The position numbers were made by a program, and so were the translations under genes. Positions 9,604 through 20,355 of a stretch of DNA of 64,000 nucleotides are shown one piece after another; the stretch's first letter is position 1, and each line of letters begins with the position of its first letter. The notes beneath the pieces are model-generated. The model had not been told where the DNA came from and did not search any database. It saw only the letters and a list, made by a program, of their open reading frames with translations. The stretch lies in the NCBI GenBank assembly GCA_963702535.1, contig CAVPDG010000025.1, forward strand, positions 237,315 to 301,314. The letters run 5' to 3'. The DNA comes from an uncultured Chloroflexia bacterium. Lineage in GTDB: Bacteria; Chloroflexota; Anaerolineae; Anaerolineales; UBA4823.

Positions 9604-11425
9604 TCAGAGCAAGGCATCCACCATCAACACAATGAAGATGAAGGCGAGGTACATGCTGGAGTAGCGGTACATTTTCCAGGCGAGCTTGTTTCCGCCTTTT
9701 TTCCAAACTTTCCAGGCAGAGAAGAGCAGCCAGCTCCCGAGCATCAATGCGCCGATAAAGTAAATGCTGCCGCCCAGCCCAAAGAGCGGGAGAAAGAGAG
9801 TCAGACCCACCAGCTCCAATGTGTAGACAAAGATCTGCCAGCGTGTCTCCTTCTCACCGCGCACCACGGGCAGCATCGGTACACCTGCGCGGGCGTAATC
9901 ATTGCGGCGCACCAGGGCAAGCGCCCAGAAATGGGGAGGCGTCCACATAAAAACGACGGCGAAGAGGAACAGCGAAGGCAGGTTCAGGCTGCCGGTTGCC
10001 GCCGCCCAACCGACCAGGGGAGGGATTGCCCCAGCGCCGCCGCCAATGACGATATTCTGTACGGTGGTCTTCTTCAAGAAAATGCTGTAGATCAGAACGT
10101 AATAGATAATCCCTGCCAGGCTCAATAGAGCAGCCAGCAAGTTGACAAAAGCTACCATCAAGAAGAAAGACGCCAGCGCCATGCCAACCCCAAAGGCAAG
10201 TCCCTCGCCTGGGGTCAGCCTGCCGGAGGGGATGGGACGCTTTTGTGTACGCTGCATCTTCTCGTCATCCACCCGGTCGATGAACTGGTTGATCGCCCCA
10301 GACCCGCCCGCCGCCATAAAACCACCCAACAGCGTCCAAAAAGTAAGCCAGAATGATGGCCAGGACTTTGCCCCAATCACCATACCGGCATAGGTCGTGA
10401 CCAGCAACAGCACCACAACAATCGGCTTTGTGAGCATGAGCAGGTCGCGTGCCAGGCCCTTTCGCCCGGTTATCTGCCGTGCTTCCGCGCGCTCTTGCTC
10501 AGCTGTGCGTGCGGCAAAACCGTTGCAAACGGTTGTAACCAGTGCAGCCACCCATACCGCCACGGCAGTCGCCTGGTGTAAAACCAGGAGATCAGGCTGG
10601 TAAGCCTCCACCAACCGGGAGCCTAGCAGAGCTTGTGCGAAGAACAACACGGCTGTGGCGGTGGCAGCCACGATCACCGCTGTCTGGGTACGCTGGCTGC
10701 GCCAGGACTGCAGGAACATCCAGCCCACCACGAAGGCGGCAGCCAGGACCAGCGCCCGGTGAAACACATTGATCCACACACCTAACTGCCAGCCCGAGAT
10801 CTCACCGGCGCACAAGCGGCCAGGCATCACACAGCTTCGTCGAGCCACTCCCGGCGACAACCGCCCCACTAACCAGTGACAAGAAGATCAGGAGCAGGGC
10901 TGAAAGAGAGAGGCGGGCAAAAGGCGAGCGGAAAGATAGCCGGAAGCCTTCGATCTTTTGAGACCCAAAATAATAAACCGCGGTCAGAGCGACGAGAAGC
11001 GACCCTAAAACGATCAGGGATAGCCCCAGGTGCGCCGCACCGATCCAGGCGCTGCCTGTCGATTGGCTAACGAACGCCCCCAAGCCCACCTGTACGGTCA
11101 CCAGCGCAGCAGCGGAGAGAACCGGGTAGAGCATCAATGCCTGCCGGCGGTAACGTTTCCACGCCAGAAACGAAACGCTGCCCAATAATAAGACACTGAC
11201 CAGCGTTGCCAGGCGGTGCAAGTAGTCCAACATCGCTTCCTGCCCTGCTGGAGGGGTTACCACGCCAAAACAAGTCGGCCAATCCGGGCAGCCACCGCCC
11301 GAAGCGGTTGCCCGCAACAAACCCCCAAGGACGATCAGCACGAATACCGATATCGTGGTTGCCAACAGCAGCGAGCGAAAACCACGCCAGGATCTGGTTT
11401 CAACGGGCGGAGGAGTTATCGACAT
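9604..11425 (-). CDS. ctaA-ctaB: fused heme A synthase (CtaA/COX15) - protoheme IX farnesyltransferase (CtaB); frame break near 10815
   Basis: ORF 10802..11506 (from MSITPPP at 11425) carries GGGCPDWPTCFG and ...STKLCDAWPL. ORF 9604..10869 continues CAGEISGWQLGVWINVFHR..., then a UbiA-type domain NQFIDRVDDEKMQRTQKRPIPSG. Deleting one base joins the frames. Confidence 0.8.
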
Positions 11426-12245
11426 GGGATTGCTCCAGTTTAAGTAGTCTGGCTTTTTCCTGCCTGCGGATAAAGAAGGGATAGCCCAAGCCAAGTATGG
11501 CGGCAAATGTAAACCACTGGAAGGCGTACCCCAGGTGCGGACCTTCCGTCAGATCCAGCTCTGGCTGGGAACGGTGCGGCAGGCTCGACCAGGACGGATC
11601 AGGCGCCTGCTGGATGTAAATAGATAACAACGGGTAAGAAACCTGCTCGGCTATGCGCTGCACATTGGCGAAGTTCCAAACATCCAAGCGTCCCGGTGGA
11701 TCTGCGCGTTTTCCGAAATCTGGCGTGCTGCTGGAAACACGGATCACACCTGTGACGCGCACCTTGCCTGGCTCTGTGTACTGCGACCAGTCATGGCTGT
11801 TGAAATCCTGTACCGGAACCCAACCGCGGTCCACCAGCACAGCTTGATCGCTGCCTGCGATTTTCAGCGGTGTGAGCAGGTGCACGCCAATCTGATCGTT
11901 CCAGGCTTGGTTGCGCAATGCCACTTCCTGGGTATGGTCGTATTCACCCTCGACGGTCACCGTACGATATTCCATGCTCGCCAGGTCAGCACCTAGCGCC
12001 TGACCGGTGAGCGCCAGCGGGGGCTGGTTGACCTGCGCCAGCACACGGGCATTAAACTGGCGACGTTTCTCCAGGCGATCGAGCTGCCAGATGCCCAGCC
12101 GGATCATGACCGCCATTGCGGCAATGACAAGCAGCGTACTCAGGATCCAACGCCGGCTGAACATGCGCAACACCAGCGGCTTGGGGCGGGCATCCGCGCT
12201 TGGTCGGCGGGGGACATCCGAAAGGCGTTCGCTCTGAGCGCTCAA
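11400..12245 (-). CDS. SURF1 family cytochrome oxidase assembly protein
   Basis: 281 aa. N-terminal TM followed by RLGIWQLDRLEKRRQFN, a C-terminal TM with LGYAFQWFTFA. 4-nt overlap with the upstream gene. Confidence 0.8.
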   Translation of the reverse strand: MSAQSERLSDVPRRPSADARPKPLVLRMFSRRWILSTLLVIAAMAVMIRLGIWQLDRLEKRRQFNARVLAQVNQPPLALTGQALGADLASMEYRTVTVEGEYDHTQEVALRNQAWNDQIGVHLLTPLKIAGSDQAVLVDRGWVPVQDFNSHDWSQYTEPGKVRVTGVIRVSSSTPDFGKRADPPGRLDVWNFANVQRIAEQVSYPLLSIYIQQAPDPSWSSLPHRSQPELDLTEGPHLGYAFQWFTFAAILGLGYPFFIRRQEKARLLKLEQSHVDNSSAR

Positions 12246-12763
12246 GGGTTGCCTCCAGCCCCCCCAGGTTGGCGCGGCTTGACCGGAATAACCAACAGGC
12301 TGTAAATGAACAGGAAGACTGCCAACGTGGGGGCAGAGATCATCAAGCCGGTCATCCGAGTGGCAAAACCGGTAGTCTGGCGGACATCCAGACCCAGGTA
12401 ACGGTCGGGCGCAAATGAGCAGGAGTAGGAAAAGCGGTTGGCTTCCTTCAATGCCAGGCTGCCGGTCGCACCCGGCGGCACCCAGATGGGTCCGAGCTGG
12501 TGCGGCTGCACATCTTCGTTTTTGACTTCAAGCACATCCCCAACGATGAAGGTCATCTTATCCGGGATGCCGGGAGCAGGCTCGCCCTGCGCCACGCGCT
12601 CTGCGGTTCCAGCCGGTATGACCAGTTGCATGGTTTGTGGAGCCCGGTCGATTTTGTCGCGCTGCAGAAGATAAGCGCCTTCGTTGATCAACAAGGCGAC
12701 TGCTATCGAAATGATCACAATCACGCCCAGGCGGACGATATAGGGGCTATAGTCCGTCTTCAT
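12242..12763 (-). CDS. hypothetical membrane protein embedded in the cox operon
   Basis: 173 aa. N- and C-terminal TM helices flank a soluble beta-rich domain. Translationally coupled on both sides (4-nt overlaps). No family recognised. Confidence 0.55.
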   Translation of the reverse strand: MKTDYSPYIVRLGVIVIISIAVALLINEGAYLLQRDKIDRAPQTMQLVIPAGTAERVAQGEPAPGIPDKMTFIVGDVLEVKNEDVQPHQLGPIWVPPGATGSLALKEANRFSYSCSFAPDRYLGLDVRQTTGFATRMTGLMISAPTLAVFLFIYSLLVIPVKPRQPGGAGGNP

Positions 12764-13455
12764 TGCACGCTCTCCTCGACCAGGTGGCGCACATCCTCTA
12801 CAATGGCAGAGAACTCAATATCATACGGGTAAGTCAGGCGGAAATTACCTGTTTTATCGATGGCATAGATGCGTGCGGTGTGATCGACCGCATAATTCCC
12901 CGAGCTATCCGGGGCTTGCTTTTGCTGGAAAACGCCATATTCCTGCCAGACCTGCTCCAGTTCCGAGCGGCTGCTGGTCAGCCCGGTGAATTCCGGGTCG
13001 AAGCTCCCCAGGTATAGTTTCAAGCGCTCAGGCGTATCGCGTTCCGGATCGACGGTGATGAACACGAAGCGAACCGGTGCAGCATCGTCCCCCAGACCCG
13101 CCTTGATCTTGTTTGAATTGGGCAAGGGTAGTGGGGCAAACGTCCGGGCAGTTGGTATAACCAAACGCCAGTAAGACAACCTTGCCGCGTTGATCACTCA
13201 GGCTGAATGGCTTGCCATCCTGATCGCCGAGCTGAATTTCCGGAGCCAAAACAGGGGTTTCAAGCAAGGAACCGTGGTACGTGTAAGGTTGCGCTAGCAA
13301 TCGCCACCCCACCAGCGCCAACAGCAGTAGAACTACCCCCCCACCCCGTACACCAAACCTTTGGATTTCATTTTCGAACCATTCTTTCCAGAAGCGGGTG
13401 AAGCTCCCAACCCTCCCCGAGCCAACGCCGCCCCGCTTCGGAGTGGAGGGATGGG
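12760..13455 (-). CDS. SCO1/SenC copper chaperone; frame break near 13108, start uncertain
   Basis: CxxxC motif LLAFGYTNCPDVCPTT lies in the frame of ORF 13028..13783. VRFVFITVDPERDTPERLKLY... lies in ORF 12760..13197. A candidate GTG at 13455 is in the same frame as ctaE with no intervening stop. Confidence 0.7.
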
Positions 13456-13486
13456 AGCCCACCTGAATTTCTGCTATAAAGAGGGG

Positions 13487-14055
13487 CTTACCTATCAAGT
13501 ACAGTGCGGGGTAAAAGAAGATCCATACGACATCGACAAAATGCCAGTAGATCGCCGCAGCCTCGACCGCCCACATGCGCTCCGGAGAGTACAGACCCTT
13601 CCGCCCATTGCGATAAACGATCGCCAGGAAAATCACGCCGGTGAGGACATGAAAGGCATGAAAACCGGTCATGGTAAAGAAAATCGATGCAGCCGCGCCA
13701 TCCGATGGGGAGAACGGCACAATCTGCCACTCCACCCCCACCACGCCGATCAGGAAGACAACGCCCAGAATCAGGGTGATCAAAACGCCGCGGCAGGTAA
13801 CCCTTGCGATCGCCGTAAGCCATCGCCGTCTCGGCGCGGTTCATAAAGAAGCTGCTCGCCAGCAGGACAACCGTGATCACCAGACCGAGGATCTGGTTCA
13901 GCTCCGGTCGGGTGTAAAATCCCAGCAAGAAAAAGCGGGACACGAACAGCCCGGCAAAGACAAACGCGTCGGACAGGATGAAGAGCCACAAACCCAGGCG
14001 GTTGGTGGCAAGCTTTGCGGCGATATTCCGGAAGTGTAGTAACGGTTGTAGTCAT
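13487..14055 (-). CDS. ctaE: cytochrome c oxidase subunit III; frame breaks near 14008 and 13788, 3' end unresolved
   Basis: Three pieces: MTTTVTTLPEYRRK / LATNRLGLWLFILSDAFVFAGLF...AYGDRKGYLPRR / LITLILGVVFLIG...FHAFHVLTGVIFL...IYWHFVDVVWIFFYPALYLIG. Each junction is repaired by deleting one base. Confidence 0.8.
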
Positions 14056-14288
14056 TAATGTTCCTCCTCATCGCCTTTGAAAAGGCGTGGCAGGTGCATG
14101 TAATCACGCACGACGAAGAAAGCTTTCACCAGAGAAATAGCCATCAAAATAAACCACCAGGTGACAGCCACAGCGCCGACAAAGAATTCTCCGATGGTCA
14201 ACGCCAGCAGCAGAACGAAAACCGCAAAGCCGATCTGCCAGGCTGCTTTTTTCTTGGCGTCCAGGGTTGGATCGATTTGTCCTTCCAT
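14055..14288 (-). CDS. small cytochrome oxidase subunit IV-like protein (COX4_pro-like)
   Basis: 77 aa from ATG 14288 with SD GGAGAG. Two TM helices, C-terminal ...LVKAFFVVRDYMHLPRLF. Position between ctaD and ctaE. Confidence 0.6.
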   Translation of the reverse strand: MEGQIDPTLDAKKKAAWQIGFAVFVLLLALTIGEFFVGAVAVTWWFILMAISLVKAFFVVRDYMHLPRLFKGDEEEH

Positions 14289-14313
14289 TATGATCTCTCC
14301 ACAACGTAAATAA

Positions 14314-16194
14314 TTAATCAGTGGCGGCTGGCGCCTGAGCAACGCGTCCAGCAGGATGCAGGTCCACATACGTGGAGCCTTCCAGACCGTAATCGTACGG
14401 CTCGCCTACCACAAGCGGGGTTTCCTCGTAGTTATGCGCAGGAGCGGGCGAGGCGATCTGCCATTCCAACGAGCGCGAGCGCCAGGGATTGGCTACCGCA
14501 ACCTCGCCCTTCCGGGCGCTGCGGTAGAAGTTGATGACCGCGATGAGCACGGATGTGCCGATGACAAAGCCGGCGATGGTGACGAGCAGCTGTGCCGTCT
14601 GGATCCCCAGTGCGGGGTCGAAATCGGCAATCCGGCGGCGCATGCCTAGCAGACCGGTCTCCATCTGCCCCAAAGACTGGACGTAGAAAGCCGGCAGCAT
14701 CAACCAGAAATGCAGCTTGCCCAGGCGCTCGTTGTACATCCTGCCGGTCATCTTCGGGAACCAGTAGTAGATCGCCGCGAAGAAGGGGAAGACAAATCCG
14801 CCAAACAGAGTTGCGTGGAAGTGACCGACGATCCAGTAAGTATCCTGCAGGTGCAGATCAGTAGCCACCACACCGTTGGGTGGACCGCTCAAGCCACCCA
14901 GGAGGAAGATCGAGATTGCCCCCAGGACAAAGAGCATGGGCGTCTCGAAAGAGAGCTTGCCTTCCCACAGCGTACCAACCCAGCTAAAGAATTTGATCCC
15001 GGTCGGCACAGCCACCAGCAGGGTGGAGTACATGAAGGGCACGCGCAGGTAAGGCGCCATGCCGGATGTGAACATGTGGTGCGCCCATACCAGGAAGCCG
15101 ACCAGGGCAATACCGAACGAGGAGAGCGCCACCCACTTATAACCAAACAACGGCTTGCGGGCGAACACCGGTAACAGCTCGCTGATAACCCCCAGACCCG
15201 TCAGGACAAACACATACACTGCCGGGTGCGAATAAAACCAGAACAGGTGCTGGAAGAGGATCGGATTGCCGCCGCCGGCTGGCTCGAAGAAAGACATGCC
15301 CATCAAACGCTCGAACATCACCATCTGGAACGACAGACCGATGAACTGCGTCGCCGTCAGACCGATGATAGCGGTAGCAAAAGCCGTCCAGACAAAGATC
15401 GGCATGCGGAAGTAGTTCATTCCGGGGGCGCGCATGCGCACGATCGTGGTGATGATGTTCAGCGAGCCCAGGATCGACGAGATACCCACAAAATATACCC
15501 CCAGGAAGAACATATCCATACCGATCGGTCCCTGGGTGCTCAAAGGCGGATACCCCGTCCAACCCGTCTCGACGCCTCCAAACGCCCAAACAGCGGTTAG
15601 CAGGATAGCTGCGGGGATATTGATCCAGAATGCAAAAGCGTTCAGGCGTGGAAAAGCCATGTCGTTGGCGCCGATCATCAGCGGAACCAGATAATTGGAC
15701 ATCGCGCCGACCGCCAACAAAGTCGCTCCGATCATAACAATGCCGTGCAGAGTCATGAATGTGTTGTAAGACTTGGTGCCCAGGAACTGCAAGCCGGGGG
15801 AGGCAAGCTCAGTGCGGAAGACCAGGGCGTAGGAGCCAGCCAGCATGAAGAGGATCAGCGCCGTGATCCCGTACTGGATGCCGATCACTTTATGATCGTA
15901 GGACACACTCAGGATTTTGGACCAGCCCTTTAAGTTGGGTCTGGATTCCGGATGATCGGGAGTCTCTTCACCCTTAGCCCACTTGAGCCAATCGTTCATC
16001 ACTCCGGTGCCCAGCATAAAGCCGGCTACGCCAAAAATTGCGCCAACCACCCACACGGGCTCGGGCTTCCATGCGGGCATACCCATAAGGACGCGCACCA
16101 ACATGGCAAAAACGATGCCGACCAGGGCGCCGGCGATCATACCACCCAGGCCGCGCACAAAGCTCAATGAAAAGAAACCTGTTTTTTGATTCAT
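14314..16194 (-). CDS. ctaD: cytochrome c oxidase subunit I
   Basis: Intact 626-aa ORF with about 12 or more TM helices. Heme-copper oxidase motifs LFWFYSHPAVYVF, WAHHMFTSGM, VGHFHATLFGG. Confidence 0.95.
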   Translation of the reverse strand: MNQKTGFFSLSFVRGLGGMIAGALVGIVFAMLVRVLMGMPAWKPEPVWVVGAIFGVAGFMLGTGVMNDWLKWAKGEETPDHPESRPNLKGWSKILSVSYDHKVIGIQYGITALILFMLAGSYALVFRTELASPGLQFLGTKSYNTFMTLHGIVMIGATLLAVGAMSNYLVPLMIGANDMAFPRLNAFAFWINIPAAILLTAVWAFGGVETGWTGYPPLSTQGPIGMDMFFLGVYFVGISSILGSLNIITTIVRMRAPGMNYFRMPIFVWTAFATAIIGLTATQFIGLSFQMVMFERLMGMSFFEPAGGGNPILFQHLFWFYSHPAVYVFVLTGLGVISELLPVFARKPLFGYKWVALSSFGIALVGFLVWAHHMFTSGMAPYLRVPFMYSTLLVAVPTGIKFFSWVGTLWEGKLSFETPMLFVLGAISIFLLGGLSGPPNGVVATDLHLQDTYWIVGHFHATLFGGFVFPFFAAIYYWFPKMTGRMYNERLGKLHFWLMLPAFYVQSLGQMETGLLGMRRRIADFDPALGIQTAQLLVTIAGFVIGTSVLIAVINFYRSARKGEVAVANPWRSRSLEWQIASPAPAHNYEETPLVVGEPYDYGLEGSTYVDLHPAGRVAQAPAATD

Positions 16195-16204
16195 CAGTGA
16201 TCTC

Positions 16205-17213
16205 CTACTTCAAGCTCTTAATCAGCGCAATCAAGTCCTGGATCTGCTGATCGGTAAGCGTGCTTCCGATGCCGGCGGGCATGATGTTCTGGTAACCCTC
16301 CACGATCCTGGCGCCCGGATTGCGGATCAATTCGATGATGTAGGCGTCATCGGCGGTAGCCGTAGAGCCGTCCGCAAACCTGACCTCTTCGCCGTATATG
16401 CCTTTCCAGCTCGGTCCCACATTTTGCGTGCCATCCAGGCTGTGGCAGGCGTTACAGCCGAATGTTTCATACCACTTGGCGGCGCGCTCAAGCGGATCTG
16501 CGGAGAGACCGGCCTCCTGGGCAGCCCAGGCGTCGAAATCTGCCGAAGCCATGACGATCACCGGTGCTTCCATGTAAGTATGGTCCAACCCACACAACTC
16601 AGCGCAGCGCAGCGTGTAATTGCCGATCTTGTTTGGCGTCACGCGCAAATCGCGCACAAATTCTTTACCGCCGGGTAAGGCATCCTGTTTTACGCGAAAC
16701 TCGGGCACCCAGAACGAGTGGATCACATCTAATGACGAGAGACGCAAGAGCGCCTGGCGGTCGACCGGCATGCGCAGCTCGTTGGTCTGAATACCCAGCT
16801 CTGGATATTCGAAGCGCCATGACCACTGCGAGCCGATGACGTTGATCTCTAGCGCACCGGGATCGACGCGCATCGTCTCTGCAAGCGCCTGCGACCCCAG
16901 GTATGCAAAACCCAGAACCATTGCCAGCGGGATCGCCGTCCAGATGATCTCCAGACGCTGGTTGCCCTCAATATGCCTGGCATCCGTAGTATCACCCTTT
17001 TTGCGCCGGAAGACAAAAATACTGTACAACATAAAAACCACGATCAAAGAAAAAGAGGAAGGCGATCACCGTGAATTCCAGACCAAACATCCGGTCAATC
17101 GGATTAGCCTGGAGGGCAGCAGCAGTAGGTAGAAGGTCGACCTGCTGCAAGCCGAGGAGCAACAAAGCGGTTACCAGGATCACGAGGATGCCAACGACGA
17201 TAAAATGTTTCAT
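16205..17213 (-). CDS. ctaC: cytochrome c oxidase subunit II with C-terminal cytochrome c domain (caa3 type); frame break near 17050
   Basis: CuA motif CAELCGLDHTYM and heme c motif CNACH lie in ORF 16205..17047. The N-terminal TM MKHFIVVGILVILVTALLLL (ATG 17213, SD AGGAGAAG) lies in the frame of ORF 16992..17624. The frames join in a T-run. Confidence 0.9.
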
Positions 17214-17624
17214 ATTACTTCTCCTGTTCGATTCGGGCGCTTTCTGGAGCTCATCCACATCCGCCACAGGCCAGTCTTCCAGCCAGTCGTCTATCCGGGC
17301 TGCCGCCAGGGTGCGGCGATCATACACCTGGGCATGCTGAGGATCAGACAGTGAAAGCAGCACAACCCTGAGCTTTCTCTCACCCTCAAAGAAACGAGCC
17401 AGAGCTTCTTCCCGGTTGAGCAGCCTGTCATCGTAGTCCACAACCACCAGGTCGGGATGGTGCTTCTCCAGGGCTTGCATCGCTTCTTCAATGCTGGAGA
17501 CAACCCCGATGACTTCTACACTCCTCTGGCGCGCCTCCAGCAGGCTCCGCAAACCCTGCCCAAACAGAGGGTGGCTCGAAGCGATCAACACACGCTGGGG
17601 TCTAACTTTAGAGGGCAACGCCAT
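17214..17624 (-). CDS. receiver-like (pseudo-REC) domain protein, open in frame into ctaC
   Basis: MALPSKVRPQRVLIASSHPLFGQGLRSLLE...HHPDLVVVDYDD...VVLLSLSD has a CheY-like alpha/beta pattern, but the N-terminal acidic pair is replaced (IASSHP). No stop codon precedes the ctaC ATG in this frame, whereas both other frames stop at TAATATGA. Confidence 0.5.
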
Positions 17625-17727
17625 ACCGGAAAATCACCTGTTTATAGGAATGCAAGTGTAATATAACCAATCAGGTAGCAATTGTCATCCACCAGCGCGT
17701 TTCAAAAAGAGGGATAGTTAAGTAACA

Positions 17728-17757
17728 CGGAGGGGTGATTTTTCAATCACCCCTCCG
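17728..17757 (-). terminator. hairpin after the response-regulator gene
   Basis: CGGAGGGGTGATT - TTTC - AATCACCCCTCCG (13 bp perfect), 25 nt downstream of the stop at 17782. The T-tract is poor. Confidence 0.45.
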
Positions 17758-17781
17758 CGGGTCAGCGCGCATGGCTTGGGG

Positions 17782-18429
17782 CTAAAGGTCCTGCCCGATC
17801 ATCCCCAATTGGACCGCTTTGCTCACAGCTTCAGCGCGATTGGAGGCTTCCAATTTTTCAAGGATATGCCTCACGTGGGTTTTTACGGTATTATCAGATA
17901 TGAAGAGCTCATTTGATATTTGGGCGGTAGTTTTCCCCTGCGCCAGGCATTTCAGCACTTCCAGCTCGCGGCTGCTCAAGCCGCGGTCGGCTGCGCCCAC
18001 CTGCTCCAGGCTCACCGCGCGCATCACCTGTCGGGTCACATCCGGCGCCAGCACCGATAAACCCGATTGCACGTTACGGATGGCTTTGAAGAGCTCGTCT
18101 GGAGTAACATTCTTCAATAAGTATCCATCCGCTCCAGCAGAAATTGCCCCAAACAGATCTTCATCGTTTTTCGAGATGGTCAACATCAGGATGCGCGCAT
18201 CACTGCCCTGGCGCAGCTCGGTGACCGTTTCGACGCCGCCCATAACCGGCATGTTGACATCCAGCAAGATGACGTCTGGAGAGAGGCGGCGAACCACATC
18301 TAACGCTTCTTGCCCGTTGCCCGCCTCGCCAACCACCTGGAACTCCGCTGTTCCATTGAGCAGGCTGATTAATCCCGAGCGAAACAAGGCATGGTCGTCC
18401 ACCACGACAAGACGAATGGGTTTCATCAA
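17782..18429 (-). CDS. NarL/LuxR family response regulator
   Basis: 215 aa. REC domain (VVDDH..., ILLDVNMP) plus a C-terminal LuxR HTH LSSRELEVLKCLAQGKTTAQISNELFISDNTVKTHVRHILEKL. Confidence 0.9.
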   Translation of the reverse strand: MMKPIRLVVVDDHALFRSGLISLLNGTAEFQVVGEAGNGQEALDVVRRLSPDVILLDVNMPVMGGVETVTELRQGSDARILMLTISKNDEDLFGAISAGADGYLLKNVTPDELFKAIRNVQSGLSVLAPDVTRQVMRAVSLEQVGAADRGLSSRELEVLKCLAQGKTTAQISNELFISDNTVKTHVRHILEKLEASNRAEAVSKAVQLGMIGQDL

Positions 18430-20294
18430 CTACTTTCCTTTACAGTGGGCAAACTGACCCTCACGGTCGTGCCTTGTTCGGGGAGGCTTACCACCTGGAA
18501 ATCCGCTCCGATCAGCTCAGCTCGCTCGTGCATCCCGCGTAAACCGTGCCGCGACGGACCCGGGATATCTTGCGCGGTGAACCCCAATCCATCGTCGCGC
18601 ACCTCCAGGATAATCTCACCGCCATACTCCTGGCAGGAGATCTGGACCCTGCCGGCCCGGGAATGCTTGCGGATATTACTCAAAGCCTCCTGCACGATGC
18701 GGATCAGTTGCGCATGCACTTCCGGCGGCAAGTCGACGTCGGCGACCGGCTCCAGCACATGCACAGGGATACCGCTGGTCTCTTCGAATTCGCTTGCGGT
18801 CTGCCGCAGCCAGCCGCCCAGACCCTCTTCTGAAGGCAGGATGCGCAAGCCATCGATAGCCTGGCGAGCATCCTGGTAGGCGTCTGCCAGGGTATCGTAC
18901 AGGATATCGACGGTCTGGCTGGCGACCTCGATATCGCCGTCGCGCAGATACCCCTTCATCTGTGCCACTTTCAGCTTCAGAAAGCCGAGCGTTTGCGCCA
19001 ACCCATCGTGGATCTCACGCGCCAGGCGAGTGCGCTCTTGGGCAATGGTCTCGTATTCGATCCGCGCCAGCAGGTTTATATTCTGCAGAACAAGTGAGAC
19101 CTGCCCAGCAATGATCTGCATTGTGGCGAGCTGGCTCTGGTTGAACGTGCGCCCCTGCCCACGGGATTCAGCGGTCCTTCGGTTTGCCACCAGCAGCGCC
19201 CCGAGCGCAGGCTGGTTCTGCACCAGCAGCGGCGCGGCCATCAGGGACACCACCCCAGGCGAGGATGCGGCATCCCCGGCAACGCTGCCCAGTAATACCG
19301 GCTCGCGGGATGTCATCACGCTTTGCACGATACCATCCAGCAGGTGCTGCGCCTTGTCGGGCAGATCCCCTTGTTGCAGGGTGGTTAGCGGTTTACCCGC
19401 CTCCTGGTCCCATACCGTGACGCGCGCATAATCGGCGTCCAGGGTTTCATGCAGGTTATCCAGCAAGTCGGACAACAATCCGTTCAGATCGGCTCGCTCG
19501 CGCGCCGATTGCAGCGTTCGCAACGTGGTCATGGCGCGTTGCCGCATGCGCACACCCTCCAAAGCCAGCGATGCCTCGTCGACCAGCGTGCGTAAGAATG
19601 TCTGGCTCTCCCGGTCGAGGCTTGCCGGAGCAGGGATATACAGGTTGAGCACACCAAAATCCTGCTCACCGCGCCGCAAGGGCAAGCAATACATTCCAGA
19701 TGCATCCAGGTAAGAGCCCTTCAGCAAGGGACAACTCACCGTGAGCTGTTCATGGCTCTGACAGGTAGCGCATTGCTGGCGGATGGCGGGCGAGGCAAGG
19801 TATTCCACCCATGCCTGCGCGACAGGGAAAGGCATCTCCCCCATGCTTACCGCGGCTTGGGGCTGGGAGCGCTCATCCAGCGGCACGTATGAAGCGCCTT
19901 TCGCCTTTAGCAGCTCCAGCGCGCTATGCAGCACCAGGTCGACCACCTCGGACTCGTCTTTGGCATCTGTGAAGAGCTGGCTGATGCGAAAGAGGGCTGC
20001 CTGGCGCTGGTAAGCCTGGGCTAACTGCTCATGAGCGCGTTCCAACTCGTCCCTGAGCTCGGCGCCTGCCTGGCTGGAGCGCCGCCACTGCTCCAAAGCA
20101 GCATAGGTGACGCCCGCGAAGAGGCACAAGACCAAGATATCCAGTGCGATCCAGATCTCCCTGGAGCTCCGGGTAAGCCAGGTAGCTTCTATTGCTTCGT
20201 AGAGAATAATCAGAAGCAGCGCCAGCCCAATCAACAGCCAGCGCGTCCACGAGTGCCTGAGCCATGCGGGATGGCGTTTATCCTTGGAATTCAC
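18426..20294 (-). CDS. GAF-domain sensor histidine kinase (HisKA_3 / NarX-DegS type)
   Basis: Two N-terminal TMs, GAF-like regions, H-box LAREIHDGLAQTL and an HATPase C-terminus (VRDDGLGF, HGLRGMHERA). GTG 20294 is preferred as start because the longer ORF (to 20471) overlaps bcp. Confidence 0.85.
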   Translation of the reverse strand: MNSKDKRHPAWLRHSWTRWLLIGLALLLIILYEAIEATWLTRSSREIWIALDILVLCLFAGVTYAALEQWRRSSQAGAELRDELERAHEQLAQAYQRQAALFRISQLFTDAKDESEVVDLVLHSALELLKAKGASYVPLDERSQPQAAVSMGEMPFPVAQAWVEYLASPAIRQQCATCQSHEQLTVSCPLLKGSYLDASGMYCLPLRRGEQDFGVLNLYIPAPASLDRESQTFLRTLVDEASLALEGVRMRQRAMTTLRTLQSARERADLNGLLSDLLDNLHETLDADYARVTVWDQEAGKPLTTLQQGDLPDKAQHLLDGIVQSVMTSREPVLLGSVAGDAASSPGVVSLMAAPLLVQNQPALGALLVANRRTAESRGQGRTFNQSQLATMQIIAGQVSLVLQNINLLARIEYETIAQERTRLAREIHDGLAQTLGFLKLKVAQMKGYLRDGDIEVASQTVDILYDTLADAYQDARQAIDGLRILPSEEGLGGWLRQTASEFEETSGIPVHVLEPVADVDLPPEVHAQLIRIVQEALSNIRKHSRAGRVQISCQEYGGEIILEVRDDGLGFTAQDIPGPSRHGLRGMHERAELIGADFQVVSLPEQGTTVRVSLPTVKESS

Positions 20295-20355
20295 GCCCCA
20301 TATTGTACCGCAAGAGCAGGATAGAATTACGGTCGAGAAACGACCTCTTGCTACT

